Shown here piece after piece: positions 9,608-19,813 of a stretch of 64,000 nucleotides of DNA. The stretch is from an uncultured Bacteroidota bacterium. Lineage in GTDB: Bacteria; Bacteroidota; Bacteroidia; Chitinophagales; LD1. A program made the position numbers and the translations under genes. Every line of letters starts with the position of its first letter. Positions within the stretch are counted from its first letter, which is position 1. The stretch covers positions 11,079 to 75,078 of the forward strand of contig CALAYL010000037.1 in assembly GCA_937894725.1 (NCBI GenBank), in the 5' to 3' direction. The notes beneath the pieces were generated by a model, which was given only the letters and a program-made list of their open reading frames with translations, ran no database searches and was not told the origin of the DNA.

Positions 9608-10363
9608 ATGCGTTTAAATCAAAAAATTGTTGTTTCGTTTTTACTGCTGCTCGTTTTGGTAGCTGTACAGAGTTGTAGAAAATCAACTAAAAACATGGCA
9701 TCTTCGGTCAAAAATGAGCAGCGAGTGTTAGTTTATCCTGACACTAGTTGGCAGCTATTGTCTCGCTATCCTCCCTATTTTTCAATCAAATCGAAAGTCG
9801 ATTTTAATGATGGGCAGACTGCCATGTCGTTTGTGGCAAATATACGTATGCGCAAAGATAGTTTGATATGGGTGTCGTTTACGGGGCCATTTGGAGTAGA
9901 AGTGATTCGAGCAATGATAGATAGAGACTCGGTAAAAATATGGAACAAACTTTCTAATGAAAGAAACACACAACCAGTGAGTTCACTCAACAGATTTTTG
10001 CCATTTACTCCCTCTCTTTTTGATATACAAGACTTTCTATTAGGCAATCCACTCCTCATTTCTAACACAAAACCTTTTGTCAGCAATACAAACGCTATGC
10101 GTATTTTTACTCAAGACAATGTGCGATATACCGTACAGCACAATGTAGATATGCAAAACTATACACTCAGCGAGTTATTGTTGAAAGATAAGATGGAGAA
10201 GCAGCAAATGGATGCTACCTTTGAAAGCTATGAAAGGCTACAAGGGTATGCATTTAGTAAAGCACGAAATATTAAGATTAATAGAGGTGAGCAGAAGATG
10301 GATCTCGAACTCGACATATATAAATATGGCGAAGTCGAAAAGCTCGATTTCCCTTTTTGGTAG
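9608..10363 (+). CDS. DUF4292-like (LolB-like) outer-membrane lipoprotein
   Basis: Lipobox LVAVQSC. The size, and its position directly upstream of a coiled-coil/M23 gene, match a common Bacteroidota arrangement. Confidence 0.45.
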   Translation: MRLNQKIVVSFLLLLVLVAVQSCRKSTKNMASSVKNEQRVLVYPDTSWQLLSRYPPYFSIKSKVDFNDGQTAMSFVANIRMRKDSLIWVSFTGPFGVEVIRAMIDRDSVKIWNKLSNERNTQPVSSLNRFLPFTPSLFDIQDFLLGNPLLISNTKPFVSNTNAMRIFTQDNVRYTVQHNVDMQNYTLSELLLKDKMEKQQMDATFESYERLQGYAFSKARNIKINRGEQKMDLELDIYKYGEVEKLDFPFW

Positions 10364-11603
10364 TATTGTTGCATTAGCGTTTATTTTAAGTATATCAAAT
10401 ACTACTGCGCAAACCAGCGCAATGGATAAGCGCAAAGATCAACTTGAAAAACAGGTATTGCAGCTCAAAAAGGACATCGCTATTATGGAGCGCGCTATTC
10501 AGGTTACCTCTAATAAAAAGAAGCTTACAGAAAAAGAAGTAGCAGCACTTCGCGCATCTATAGACAAAAAAAACAAACAAATAGGCTCGTTTAAAAACGA
10601 GATAAACAGTTTTAAAAAGGACATTGAAAAAACGAGTGTAGAGATAGACCAGAAAGTTTCAACGGTCACCTATCTCAAAGAAAAATACGCCAAATTGCTC
10701 AACGAGATTTATAAAACTATGGTGGCGGATAAGGCTGCTGTACCTATTTTATTTCCAGACAACACTCGTTTTATCCATAAAAACTATCTCCGTATTATAT
10801 CAAATTATCGATTATCGCAAGCAGGCGAAATCCGTAAAACCATTGTGACACTAGAAGGCAAAAAAAGCAAACTTGAAATATCTAAGAATGTAGCAGAGGT
10901 GAAACTTAAAAAGGAAGATCAACTCAAGGCAGAGCTTGATAAAGAACGAAAAAAGAAAGACCAAGAAATAAGCACGCTTTCTCAAAAAGAAGAAAAGATA
11001 AAAAAACAAATCGAGGCAAAAAACAAAGCAGCACAAAAGTTGAATGCTAGCATACAACGAATCATCGAAGAGCAGATAAGATTGGCTAAAGCAAAGGCGG
11101 AGAAAAATAAACCTGTAAATACCACCACAACAAAAACGGAAAATAAAGCAGAGGCTTATCTCACTCCCAAAGAAGTAGAGCTATCGCGCGATTTTGCGAG
11201 CAATCAAGGCCGTCTTCCATGGCCAGTAGCCAAAGGGAATATAACATCCTACTTTGGGCGACATGAGCACCCTACACTCAAAGGTGTTTATATCGAAAAT
11301 AATGGGGTCGATTTCAAGACAGAGCCAGGAGCCAGTGCTCGAGCTGTTTTTGATGGAAATGTGATTAGTATTTTCTACCTGCCTACAACTCAAAACTGTG
11401 TGATAGTAAAACATGGAGAATATTTCTCCGTGTATTCAAATATAGCGAATCCTAGCGTGAAAGTAGGAGATAATGTCTCTACAAAGCAGACTTTAGGGCA
11501 AGCTTACACCGATAGTGAGGAGAAGAGTACCAAGGTACATCTTGAAATTTGGAAAGGAAAGGATAAAATCAATCCCTCCCTTTGGCTTTCTAATGCACGA
11601 TAA
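10326..11603 (+). CDS. EnvC-like coiled-coil protein with a degenerate LytM (M23) domain
   Basis: Start moved to MAKSKSSISLFGSIVALAFILSISNTTAQ (ATG 10326), which overlaps the upstream gene by 38 nt. A long Lys/Glu coiled coil is followed by a C-terminal M23 fold (GVDFKTEPGASARAVFDGNV...VKHGEYFSVYSN). The metal-ligand positions look substituted (NNGVDF instead of HxGxD; KVHLEIW instead of HLHFEI). Confidence 0.65.
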   Translation: MAKSKSSISLFGSIVALAFILSISNTTAQTSAMDKRKDQLEKQVLQLKKDIAIMERAIQVTSNKKKLTEKEVAALRASIDKKNKQIGSFKNEINSFKKDIEKTSVEIDQKVSTVTYLKEKYAKLLNEIYKTMVADKAAVPILFPDNTRFIHKNYLRIISNYRLSQAGEIRKTIVTLEGKKSKLEISKNVAEVKLKKEDQLKAELDKERKKKDQEISTLSQKEEKIKKQIEAKNKAAQKLNASIQRIIEEQIRLAKAKAEKNKPVNTTTTKTENKAEAYLTPKEVELSRDFASNQGRLPWPVAKGNITSYFGRHEHPTLKGVYIENNGVDFKTEPGASARAVFDGNVISIFYLPTTQNCVIVKHGEYFSVYSNIANPSVKVGDNVSTKQTLGQAYTDSEEKSTKVHLEIWKGKDKINPSLWLSNAR

Positions 11604-11646
11604 AATGAAGTGCAAAACTTTGTGTTGATAAACTTCACTATACTCT

Positions 11647-11654
11647 TATATTTG
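11647..11654 (+). promoter_or_regulatory. -7 box (TAnnTTTG) candidate for gcvH
   Basis: TATATTTG lies 19 nt upstream of the ATG at 11674. Confidence 0.4.
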
Positions 11655-11673
11655 TGTAAAAATTATAAACATT

Positions 11674-12054
11674 ATGAGTTTTCCAGCAAATTTAAAATAC
11701 AGCAAAGAGCACGAGTGGGTAAGCGTAGAAGGTAATATCGCTACTATCGGCATATCATTTTTCGCTCAAAAAGAACTTGGCGACATAGTATATGTTGATA
11801 TCAACACGGTAGGCGAAGAAGTAGCCAAAGATGTTGTTTTTGGTACAGTAGAAGCCGTAAAAACAGTTTCAGATTTATTTATGCCTATCAGTGGTAAAGT
11901 ATTAGAGGTTAATGCTGGTTTAGATAGCACTCCAGAAGCAATAAATACAGACCCGTATGGAGCAGGATGGATTATCAAAGCAGAAATCACTAAGCCTGCA
12001 GAATTAGATGGCCTTATGGATGCTGAAGCATACAAGATATTGATAGGCGCATAG
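11674..12054 (+). CDS. gcvH: Glycine cleavage system H protein
   Basis: 126 aa with the lipoyl-lysine motif EAVKTVSD and N-terminal [10 protein letters not shown]. Confidence 0.9.
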   Translation: MSFPANLKYSKEHEWVSVEGNIATIGISFFAQKELGDIVYVDINTVGEEVAKDVVFGTVEAVKTVSDLFMPISGKVLEVNAGLDSTPEAINTDPYGAGWIIKAEITKPAELDGLMDAEAYKILIGA

Positions 12055-12410
12055 TGTTATCTCAAAAAAACACATTGTATAAAATGCCGCTCCTTGTTTG
12101 GGCGGCATTTATTTTAGTATTGAGCTTGATGCCACCAAGCTCAATACCTAAGTCTTCTATAATGGGTATTGATAAAGTAGCGCATCTGATATTTTATTTT
12201 GTATTTGTGTGGTTTTGTATGGTGGGATGGCATGTGCCACTCAGTAATGCGCTGTTTTTAGCCGTCAGTTATGGCATAGTCATTGAAATACTTCAACATG
12301 CCTTGACTACTCAGCGGCAGTTTGATATTTACGATATAATCGCAAATAGTTTGGGGGCTTTATTGTACTATGTTCTTAAAGTTTTCAAAAGCAAGCTAAA
12401 CTCTCGATAA
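12054..12410 (+). CDS. VanZ-like membrane protein
   Basis: 118 aa with 4 TM segments and a DKVAHLIFYF motif. Its GTG start overlaps the gcvH stop by 1 nt (TAGTG). Confidence 0.55.
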   Translation: MLSQKNTLYKMPLLVWAAFILVLSLMPPSSIPKSSIMGIDKVAHLIFYFVFVWFCMVGWHVPLSNALFLAVSYGIVIEILQHALTTQRQFDIYDIIANSLGALLYYVLKVFKSKLNSR

Positions 12411-12428
12411 ATCGTTTATTTTTAACTT

Positions 12429-14240
12429 GTGAAAAAATCGATTCTCATTTCCCTTTTATTCGTGTTTATTGCCTCTTTTACATTTGCACAGCAAGGTAGA
12501 GATGAAGCTTTGGCAAAAAGTTATTTTGAACAAGAAGAGTATGAAAAAGCGGCTTCATTGCTATATCCACTTTGGGAGAAAAACAATCAGTCTGTAGAGT
12601 TTTATCGCCCACTTTTGACTAGTTATTATAAACTAAAAAGCATGGATGAGGCCGAAAAGTTGATTCGCAAACAAATCAAGAAGTTTAGCGACAATCTTAT
12701 TTTTGCTATTGATCTAGGCTATCTTTATATGCAAAAAGGCGAAGCGGCTAATGCCCAAAAGCAATATGAAAAAGTAGTGAAAGACCTTCGACCAAATGAC
12801 ACTGAAATACGCCAAACGGCAGATTATTTCCAATCCTTGGGTGAGATAAATTATGAAATAGCTGTTTATGAAAAAGCCCAAAAACTCTTTGGCGGTAAAA
12901 TAGATTATAGTCCTTTGCTTGGTACAGCTTTTTTACGTCAAGGAGACTACAAAAAATCAGCTACATACTTTTTGGATTATATACAGCAAAGTCCTACCAA
13001 TGCACAAAGCACCAAAAATCTTTTGCAAACTATACGTGGAGGAGACAAGCTAAAAGACGCACTCGAATCGCAGCTTTATACACGTATCCAAAAGCAGCCT
13101 GAGGATGAAATCAGTATCGATTTTTTGACTTGGATTTACATTCAAAACAAAGACTTTGAATCAGCGTTGATACAAATGAAAGCCCTCGATAGACGTAAAA
13201 ATGCGGATGGCTACCAAGTGTTGCAAGTAGCGAGAATGGCGCAAACAGAAGGTTTTTATAATGATGCTATAGGCGGATATGAATATGTAGCCGCAAAGCA
13301 ACCACGCACCTCTTTGTACCTAATGGCGCGTACCGATCAGCTCAATTGTAGAAAAGAAAAAATAGCCAAAACAATCAACTATACTCAAGCGGATTTGCTA
13401 GCATTAAAAAATGACTATGTAACTTTTTTATCTGAAAATGGAAAAACACCACAGACCGCACAATCTATCAAAGAATTAGCTGACCTGGAGGGGTTTTACT
13501 TACATCAAATAAATGAGGCCATTTCGATTTGTGAAGAGCTTATCAAAATGCCCGGACTCAACCGAAATCTCAAAAATCAAACCAAGCTTTCTCTTGGCGA
13601 TTTTTACCTTATCTCGGGCGATGTGTGGGAATCTCAACTCACCTATTCGCAGGTAGATAAAGAAGAACGCGACTCTCCGTTGGGCGAAGAGGCTCGTTTT
13701 AAAAATGCAAAGTTATCTTACTACAAAGGGGAGTTTGACTGGGCGCAGGAGCAGTTGAATATCTTGAAAGCGGCTACTTCGCAGCTTATCTCAAATGACG
13801 CTATCAATCTTTCTGTTTTTATCATCGACAACACTGGTTTAGATACAATTTATGCCCCTATGCAGCTTTTTGCACAGGCCGATTTGTTGTCTTTTCAAAA
13901 CAAAGATGATGATGCAAATCTAATGCTCGATTCATTGCTTTTTAGCTACCCTGGCCATGTGCTTTATGACGATATAGCCTATGCAAAAGCTGAAATATTT
14001 GTACGCAAACGAGAGTTTCAGAAGGCAGTACCTTTGCTCGAAAATATCATCGAAAGTTACGGTAAAGACTTGAAAGGGGATGACGCTCTTTTCCTTTTAG
14101 CAGAGATAAATGAAAAGGAACTCAATAACAAAGAAAAAGCCAAAGAACTTTATCAAAAACTAATACTCGACTTTCAAAACTCGCTCCTGGTTATAGAAGC
14201 GCGCAAGCGGTTCAGACAACTACGAGGAGATAAACTTTAG
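12429..14240 (+). CDS. Secreted TPR-repeat protein
   Basis: 603 aa with a GTG start and a signal peptide. Repeated TPR-like helical hairpins run along the whole length. Confidence 0.6.
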   Translation: MKKSILISLLFVFIASFTFAQQGRDEALAKSYFEQEEYEKAASLLYPLWEKNNQSVEFYRPLLTSYYKLKSMDEAEKLIRKQIKKFSDNLIFAIDLGYLYMQKGEAANAQKQYEKVVKDLRPNDTEIRQTADYFQSLGEINYEIAVYEKAQKLFGGKIDYSPLLGTAFLRQGDYKKSATYFLDYIQQSPTNAQSTKNLLQTIRGGDKLKDALESQLYTRIQKQPEDEISIDFLTWIYIQNKDFESALIQMKALDRRKNADGYQVLQVARMAQTEGFYNDAIGGYEYVAAKQPRTSLYLMARTDQLNCRKEKIAKTINYTQADLLALKNDYVTFLSENGKTPQTAQSIKELADLEGFYLHQINEAISICEELIKMPGLNRNLKNQTKLSLGDFYLISGDVWESQLTYSQVDKEERDSPLGEEARFKNAKLSYYKGEFDWAQEQLNILKAATSQLISNDAINLSVFIIDNTGLDTIYAPMQLFAQADLLSFQNKDDDANLMLDSLLFSYPGHVLYDDIAYAKAEIFVRKREFQKAVPLLENIIESYGKDLKGDDALFLLAEINEKELNNKEKAKELYQKLILDFQNSLLVIEARKRFRQLRGDKL

Positions 14241-14244
14241 CCCT

Positions 14245-14547
14245 ATGATTATTTATAATGTGACCATAAAAATTGATTTGACAGTACATGATATATGGCT
14301 TCGATGGATGAAAGAAGACCATATTCCTAAAGTAATGGCTACAGGCTGTTTTGTAAGTTATAAAATGTTGCGCATTCTCGAAGAAGATCAATCTGACGGC
14401 ATTGCATATGCCATCCAATATTCAGCTAAAACGATCAATGATTATTTTGATTATAAAAACAATCATGCTACGGCATTACAAAAGGAGGTCAACGATATTT
14501 TTCCAGATAAGTTTGTATCGCATCGTACTTTGCTGAGAGAAGTCTAA
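14245..14547 (+). CDS. DUF4286-like small protein
   Basis: 100 aa. N-terminus MIIYNVTIKID..W..WM...HIP.V..TG.F resembles the DUF4286 family as I remember it. Confidence 0.4.
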   Translation: MIIYNVTIKIDLTVHDIWLRWMKEDHIPKVMATGCFVSYKMLRILEEDQSDGIAYAIQYSAKTINDYFDYKNNHATALQKEVNDIFPDKFVSHRTLLREV

Positions 14548-14578
14548 TCGCTCGATTTTTTTTCTTTTCTTTGTGGCT

Positions 14579-15382
14579 ATGGCAAAAATCATCATCAAAA
14601 CAGCTGAGCAGCTTGAAATCATTGCAGCGAATGGCAAAATATTGGCAGGTGCTCATGCGCTAGTTGCGAGTACTATCAAAGCAGGTATTAATGGCCTTAC
14701 ACTTGATAAACTTGCAGAAGAATATATTCGCGACCATGGCGGTAGTCCTTCGTTTAAGGGATATAATAAATACCCAGCATCACTTTGTATTAGTATCAAT
14801 GAAGTAGTAGTCCACGGCATACCACACGCTATTGCGCTAAAAGAAGGCGATATGATTTCGGTAGATGCTGGTGTTTTTAAGGATGGTTTTCACGCAGATA
14901 GCGCATACAGCTATGCGTTGCTCGGATGTAAAGAGGAAGTGATAAAACTAATGCAAGTAACCAAAGAGTCGCTTTTTGTAGGTATGGCTCAAGCCAAGGC
15001 AGGCAATCGCACGGGCGATATAGGTGCAGCTATTCAAGATTATTGTGAGCGAAAAAACCCGTATAAGTGTGTTCGTGAGCTCGTTGGGCATGGTGTAGGC
15101 GCTAGATTGCATGAAGATCCGCAAGTGCCCAACTATGGTAAAGCTGGAAAAGGCGATGTATTGCCCGAAAATGCGGTGATTGCTATCGAGCCGATGATAA
15201 ATTTAGGTCGTAAAGATATTTACTCACTCCCCGACAATTGGACCATCGCTACTCAAGACCACAAACCTTCTGCTCACTTCGAACACTCACTCGTAGTCAC
15301 TAAAGAAGGCGGTCGAGCACTCACTACCTTTGAGCCTATCGAAGCAGCTGTGAAAGCAAATTCGAATTTGATTTTTGTATAA
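14579..15382 (+). CDS. map: Methionine aminopeptidase type I
   Basis: Metal ligands and motifs VVHGIP, DxGV...FHAD, GHGVG, EPM, EH. The ATG at 14579 is preferred over the GTG at 14573. Confidence 0.9.
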   Translation: MAKIIIKTAEQLEIIAANGKILAGAHALVASTIKAGINGLTLDKLAEEYIRDHGGSPSFKGYNKYPASLCISINEVVVHGIPHAIALKEGDMISVDAGVFKDGFHADSAYSYALLGCKEEVIKLMQVTKESLFVGMAQAKAGNRTGDIGAAIQDYCERKNPYKCVRELVGHGVGARLHEDPQVPNYGKAGKGDVLPENAVIAIEPMINLGRKDIYSLPDNWTIATQDHKPSAHFEHSLVVTKEGGRALTTFEPIEAAVKANSNLIFV

Positions 15383-15450
15383 AGGTGATAGTAGAGTGAT
15401 AACACGTCAATTAACACCTATAATTTATTCTGTATTCTAAAATCTCCTAC

Positions 15451-15458
15451 TATATTTG
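15451..15458 (+). promoter_or_regulatory. -7 box (TAnnTTTG) candidate for the ACP operon
   Basis: TATATTTG lies 4 nt upstream of the ATG at 15463. Confidence 0.35.
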
Positions 15459-15462
15459 CCTT

Positions 15463-15723
15463 ATGGATGAGTTGATTTATACCTTAAAAACAGAAATTAT
15501 AAGCCGTCTAAACTTAGAAGGCTTAACACCAGAAGACATTGACGAAAATGCCCCGCTTTTTGGTCCTGACTTAGGGCTAGATTCTATAGATTCTATAGAG
15601 CTTATCGTAATGCTCGAAAAAAACTATGGTATAAAAATAGAAGATCCGAAAGTGGGAAGAAAAGTGTTTGACACAGTAGCTTCTATGGCTGCTTATATTC
15701 GCGAAAACCAAGCACAGTCTTAA
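15463..15723 (+). CDS. Acyl carrier protein (dedicated, non-FAS type)
   Basis: 86 aa with the phosphopantetheine attachment motif LGLDSIDSIELI. Confidence 0.8.
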   Translation: MDELIYTLKTEIISRLNLEGLTPEDIDENAPLFGPDLGLDSIDSIELIVMLEKNYGIKIEDPKVGRKVFDTVASMAAYIRENQAQS

Positions 15724-15726
15724 GTT

Positions 15727-16947
15727 ATGAGCCATCAGGTTTTCATTACTGGTATGGGGCTCATTACCTCTATCGGAGATAATATTCAAGAAAACCTTCA
15801 CTCTCTATTAGCCGAAAAATCAGGTATTGGGAAACTGACATTAATTGCTTCCGAATGGAGCGAGACCTTGCCAGTATGTGAAATAAAGCATAGCGATGGT
15901 ACTCTTTGTCAGATGGCAGGAGTGCCCAAAAATGAAGGCTATTCACGCACGGCACTTTTAGGTATCATAGCAGCAAAAGAAGCATTGTCAGATGCTGATA
16001 TTTCAATTATTGATAGTTTCAAAACAGGAATTATTTCAGCCACTACAGTTGGTGGAATGAGGGAGTTTGAGCGGCATCTCTATGCGCTTTTAGATGTCAC
16101 CAAAGAAGGTGATTTCCGATTGCATGCACATGGAACTGATGCAGGTGAACACACCGAACGGATAGCTGATTTTTTTGGGATAACAGCACATGTGAGCACG
16201 ATCAGTACGGCCTGTTCATCGGCCTCTAACGCAATCATACAAGGTGCTGAACTTATCAAACATGGGTATCTCGACAGAGTGATTTGTGGAGGTAGTGATG
16301 TGCTATCTAAATTTACGATCAATGGATTTAACTCACTCAAAATTTTAGATAAAGAACATACTCGACCTTTTGATGCTAGTCGTATGGGAGTAAACTTAGG
16401 TGAGGGCGCAGCTTTTGTCGTATTGGAATCTGAAAAGACGATGCTGGCATCTAATAAAAAGCCAAAAGCATTATTAAGTGGTTATAGCAACTCGAACGAT
16501 GCCTACCACCAAACCGCCTCTTCACCCGATGGCGATGGCGCTATCCTCTCCATGCAGCGTTCGCTCGATATGGCGGGGCTTTTGCCTTCATCTATCGATT
16601 ATATCAACTGTCATGGCACTGGTACAGAAAACAATGACTTGTCCGAGGCATTAGCAATTCAGAAATTGTTTTCAGATAAGATACCTTACTTTAGTTCTAC
16701 AAAACCCAATACTGGCCACACCTTAGCTGCCGCAGGTTGTGTAGAGGCTATCTATTCGATTTTAAGTTTGCAACATGGGGTTGTTTTTAGTAATCTAAAT
16801 TTTCAAACCCAAATGCCCGAGTGTGCGATTGCACCAGTAAATAGCGTGTTGAAAAATGTTGCTGTAAAGCATGTCATCTCTAATTCATTTGGTTTTGGTG
16901 GCACAAATACCTCTCTTTTGTTCTCTAAAATAGATGCAGCCATATGA
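15727..16947 (+). CDS. Beta-ketoacyl-ACP synthase (KAS I/II-like, catalytically complete)
   Basis: 406 aa with a Cys-His-His triad: ISTACSSASNAI, INCHGTGTENND, KPNTGHTLAAAG. C-terminal NSFGFGGTN. Confidence 0.85.
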   Translation: MSHQVFITGMGLITSIGDNIQENLHSLLAEKSGIGKLTLIASEWSETLPVCEIKHSDGTLCQMAGVPKNEGYSRTALLGIIAAKEALSDADISIIDSFKTGIISATTVGGMREFERHLYALLDVTKEGDFRLHAHGTDAGEHTERIADFFGITAHVSTISTACSSASNAIIQGAELIKHGYLDRVICGGSDVLSKFTINGFNSLKILDKEHTRPFDASRMGVNLGEGAAFVVLESEKTMLASNKKPKALLSGYSNSNDAYHQTASSPDGDGAILSMQRSLDMAGLLPSSIDYINCHGTGTENNDLSEALAIQKLFSDKIPYFSSTKPNTGHTLAAAGCVEAIYSILSLQHGVVFSNLNFQTQMPECAIAPVNSVLKNVAVKHVISNSFGFGGTNTSLLFSKIDAAI

Positions 16948-18017
16948 GTTCAAATACCCATTTCTACATCCAAGGCATAGGTAATATTTCGCCTCAGAAA
17001 ACCTTTGACAATACTGACTTTTTAGGGGAGATCACAACATACACAGAGAATGTATTGACCTTTGTAACTCCAGATTACAAAGAGTGGATCAACCCAGTGG
17101 CGCTACGCAGAATGAGTCGATTGCTCAAGGCGGGATTAGCTGCTGCACGCATCGCGGCTAAAGATGCGAATCTCATCAACCCAGATGGTATTATTGCTGC
17201 TTCGGGCTATGGCTGTATAGGCGATACGAGCAAGTTTTTGCATGAGCTTTTAGAAAATGACGAGAAGCTGCTTACGCCTACTTTTTTTATGCAGAGTACC
17301 TACAATACCATTTCGGGGGCGATAGCACTAGCGATGAACTGCAATGAGTACAACACTACATACGCGCATCGTGGGTTTGCGTTTGAAAATGGGCTGCAAG
17401 ATGCCATGATGCAACTCACAGATTTTCCGAAAAAAAGAATATTGTTTGGAGCTTTTGATGAAACAAATACGGAGCAATACAAGATAAAGCAGAAAGATGG
17501 TTTTTTGAGAGAAAAGAATATCTCGAATCTTTCTCTCTTTGAGACAGAAGGTGCGGGCACATTGCAAGGAGAAGGGGCTACGTTTTTTGTGGTGGGTACC
17601 GAAAAAGCAGAAAAGACATATTGCCAAATTGCTGACTTAGCCATGCTCTACAATCCTAAAAAGCCAAGTGATTTTGAAGAAAAAATAAAAGTTTTTTTAG
17701 CAAAAAATGAGCTAAGTATAGCGGATATAGATATACTTGTAAATGGCATAGGTGGCGATACGCCCAAAGATGCTCTCACGAAAGAAACAGTAAAACACCT
17801 TTTTCCCGAAATCCAACAAGTGGTTTATAAACACCTATTTGGCGAACATGCGAGCTCATCTGCATTTGGGATATGGCTCGGTGCCAAAATCTTATTTCAT
17901 CAGCGAGTTCCCGATGTGGTCAAACTGAATGATAAGCCAGTAAAACGATTGAATACTATCTTATGTATCAACCATTTTTGGGGGAAGCGGTATAGTATGA
18001 TATTGTTGCGAAAGTAG
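16944..18017 (+). CDS. Ketosynthase-like partner lacking the catalytic triad (chain-length-factor-like)
   Basis: 357 aa. The start overlaps the KS stop (ATGA). It has KS-fold-like segments (MQSTYNTISGAIALAMNCNEYN, GEGATFFVV). I could not find an AC(S)S cysteine, HGTGT or GH motif at the expected positions. Confidence 0.6.
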   Translation: MSSNTHFYIQGIGNISPQKTFDNTDFLGEITTYTENVLTFVTPDYKEWINPVALRRMSRLLKAGLAAARIAAKDANLINPDGIIAASGYGCIGDTSKFLHELLENDEKLLTPTFFMQSTYNTISGAIALAMNCNEYNTTYAHRGFAFENGLQDAMMQLTDFPKKRILFGAFDETNTEQYKIKQKDGFLREKNISNLSLFETEGAGTLQGEGATFFVVGTEKAEKTYCQIADLAMLYNPKKPSDFEEKIKVFLAKNELSIADIDILVNGIGGDTPKDALTKETVKHLFPEIQQVVYKHLFGEHASSSAFGIWLGAKILFHQRVPDVVKLNDKPVKRLNTILCINHFWGKRYSMILLRK

Positions 18018-18099
18018 GTGTACAAGCTTGCTAGAGTTATCGTTAATTTTAAATCAAAATAATTTGAACAATTTACATTGCTTTTTGGTTTCATTACAT

Positions 18100-18107
18100 T
18101 AGTTTTG
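18100..18107 (+). promoter_or_regulatory. -7 box (TAnnTTTG) candidate inside the cluster
   Basis: TAGTTTTG lies 20 nt upstream of the ATG at 18128, within the only sizeable gap (110 nt) in the cluster. Confidence 0.3.
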
Positions 18108-18127
18108 AAATAATAAAAAACAGCAAT

Positions 18128-19813
18128 ATGCAAGCAAATTACGATGTCGTCATTTTAGGAGGTGGCCTTGCTGGCCTTTCTCTTTCTATTCAGCTCAAAA
18201 GGGCCAATCCTAACCTATCTATTTTAGTGTTAGAGCGAAGAGAAGGTGCCGCTGCTACAGCCGCTCACAAAGTGGGTGAATCTACGGTAGAATTAGGTAG
18301 CTATTACCTTCGCAATGTACTCGGAATGAAAGATTATTTAGAAGAACACGAATTGCCTAAACATGGGCTGCGCTATTTTTTTCCATCAAAAACGAAAGGC
18401 GATATAACCTCAAGGCTTGAGCTAGGGCCACGCAAATTGCTCAAAGTAAAAAGTCACCAACTTGACCGCGGTACACTCGAAAACTATATGACGAAACATA
18501 CCCAATCTTTAGGTACTCGTTTTATAGGAGGAGGTATAGCAAAAGATGTGGATTTTGGGGAGGCGATGCATACCGTTCGCTACAAGTATCAAGGCGAAGA
18601 GCAAACAGTAACTGGTCGATGGGTCGTGGATGCATCGAGTAGAGTGAGTATTTTGAAGCGAAAACTTGGATTTCAGCAACCTATGGAGCATGGTGCAAGT
18701 GCCGTATGGTGGCGAATGAAGGGCGTGGTTGATATTGATGATTGGTCTGAAGATACAAACTGGAAAAATTATTTAGAACCTCGATTGCGCTATCTCAGTA
18801 CAGTTCATTTTATGGATAAAGGCTATTGGCTTTGGGTGATTCCACTAGGGTCAAAAAATACGAGTTTTGGTATAGTGGCAGATCCTGCGATTCATCCTTT
18901 AGAAACTTATAATACCTATGAAAAAGCCTTGGAATGGATGAAAGTAAATGAGCCATTAGTGTATGGCAAACTTGTATCACAGCCTGAAAATCTGATGGAT
19001 TTTATGGTGCTCAAGCATTATGCACATCATTCTGGACGATTCTTTTCGGGCAAAGAGCGTTGGGCTGTAACAGGCGAAGCGGGTGCTTTTCTAGATCCTT
19101 TTTATTCCCCAGGCACTGATTTGATTTCGATGAGTAATTCTTGGATTACAGATTTGATCGTAAGAGATAAAGAAGGTGAAGAAGTAGATGCGAGAGCGAG
19201 GGTTTTTGAGCAGTCATATATTTCATTGTTAGATTTTTGGTTACCCATTTATCAAAACAAATATCCACTCATGGGCAATACCCAAATCTTCTCTGTCAAG
19301 ATTTTTTGGGACTGGGCTATCTATTGGGCGGTCACCACCAAACTCTTTATTAATGGAGGTCTGACCAACATGTCTGTTTTGAAAAGATTGTTTGCTACAG
19401 AAGGTGGAGTGGGGGCGAGATTTGGAGCATTGAGCAATGTGATGCAAGCGCACTTTATAGCCTGGCATCCCTACGATAAAGCAATGTTTACTGAGCGATA
19501 TGTAGATGTTTTCGATATGCCTTTTATGCATAAACTTCAAAGTGAAATCGAAGATAAGTTTGGCCCCAAAGAGCTCTTAGATAAGATAGAGGAAAATATG
19601 GGAATACTGGAAAGTATGGCGGTGTCTATATTTCAATATACCGCTTCGATTGTTAAAGGATTGCCCGAAGATACGCCTATAAATCCATACAAATTTAATC
19701 TTGAAGCTGATCCATCTACCTACACAGGTGAAGGCGCTATTACGCCTCTGCCCCATGTACGCGAGCAGATGAGCACACTTTGGTTTTATAAGCAAATGGC
19801 AGAACTCGCCTAA
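18128..19813 (+). CDS. Flavin-dependent halogenase (PltA/CmlS-like clade)
   Basis: 561 aa. FAD motif DVVILGGGLAGL, lysine motif HKVGEST, halogenase signature GYWLWVIPLG (WxWxIP) and FLDPFYSPGTDL (FxxPxxSxG). Confidence 0.75.
   Translation: MQANYDVVILGGGLAGLSLSIQLKRANPNLSILVLERREGAAATAAHKVGESTVELGSYYLRNVLGMKDYLEEHELPKHGLRYFFPSKTKGDITSRLELGPRKLLKVKSHQLDRGTLENYMTKHTQSLGTRFIGGGIAKDVDFGEAMHTVRYKYQGEEQTVTGRWVVDASSRVSILKRKLGFQQPMEHGASAVWWRMKGVVDIDDWSEDTNWKNYLEPRLRYLSTVHFMDKGYWLWVIPLGSKNTSFGIVADPAIHPLETYNTYEKALEWMKVNEPLVYGKLVSQPENLMDFMVLKHYAHHSGRFFSGKERWAVTGEAGAFLDPFYSPGTDLISMSNSWITDLIVRDKEGEEVDARARVFEQSYISLLDFWLPIYQNKYPLMGNTQIFSVKIFWDWAIYWAVTTKLFINGGLTNMSVLKRLFATEGGVGARFGALSNVMQAHFIAWHPYDKAMFTERYVDVFDMPFMHKLQSEIEDKFGPKELLDKIEENMGILESMAVSIFQYTASIVKGLPEDTPINPYKFNLEADPSTYTGEGAITPLPHVREQMSTLWFYKQMAELA

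Noticed and set aside
11604-11673. Glycine riboswitch upstream of gcvH
   Set aside because: The intergenic region is only 70 nt and AT-rich, with a -7 box 19 nt from the ATG. It is too short, and it lacks the GC-rich conserved cores of a glycine riboswitch.
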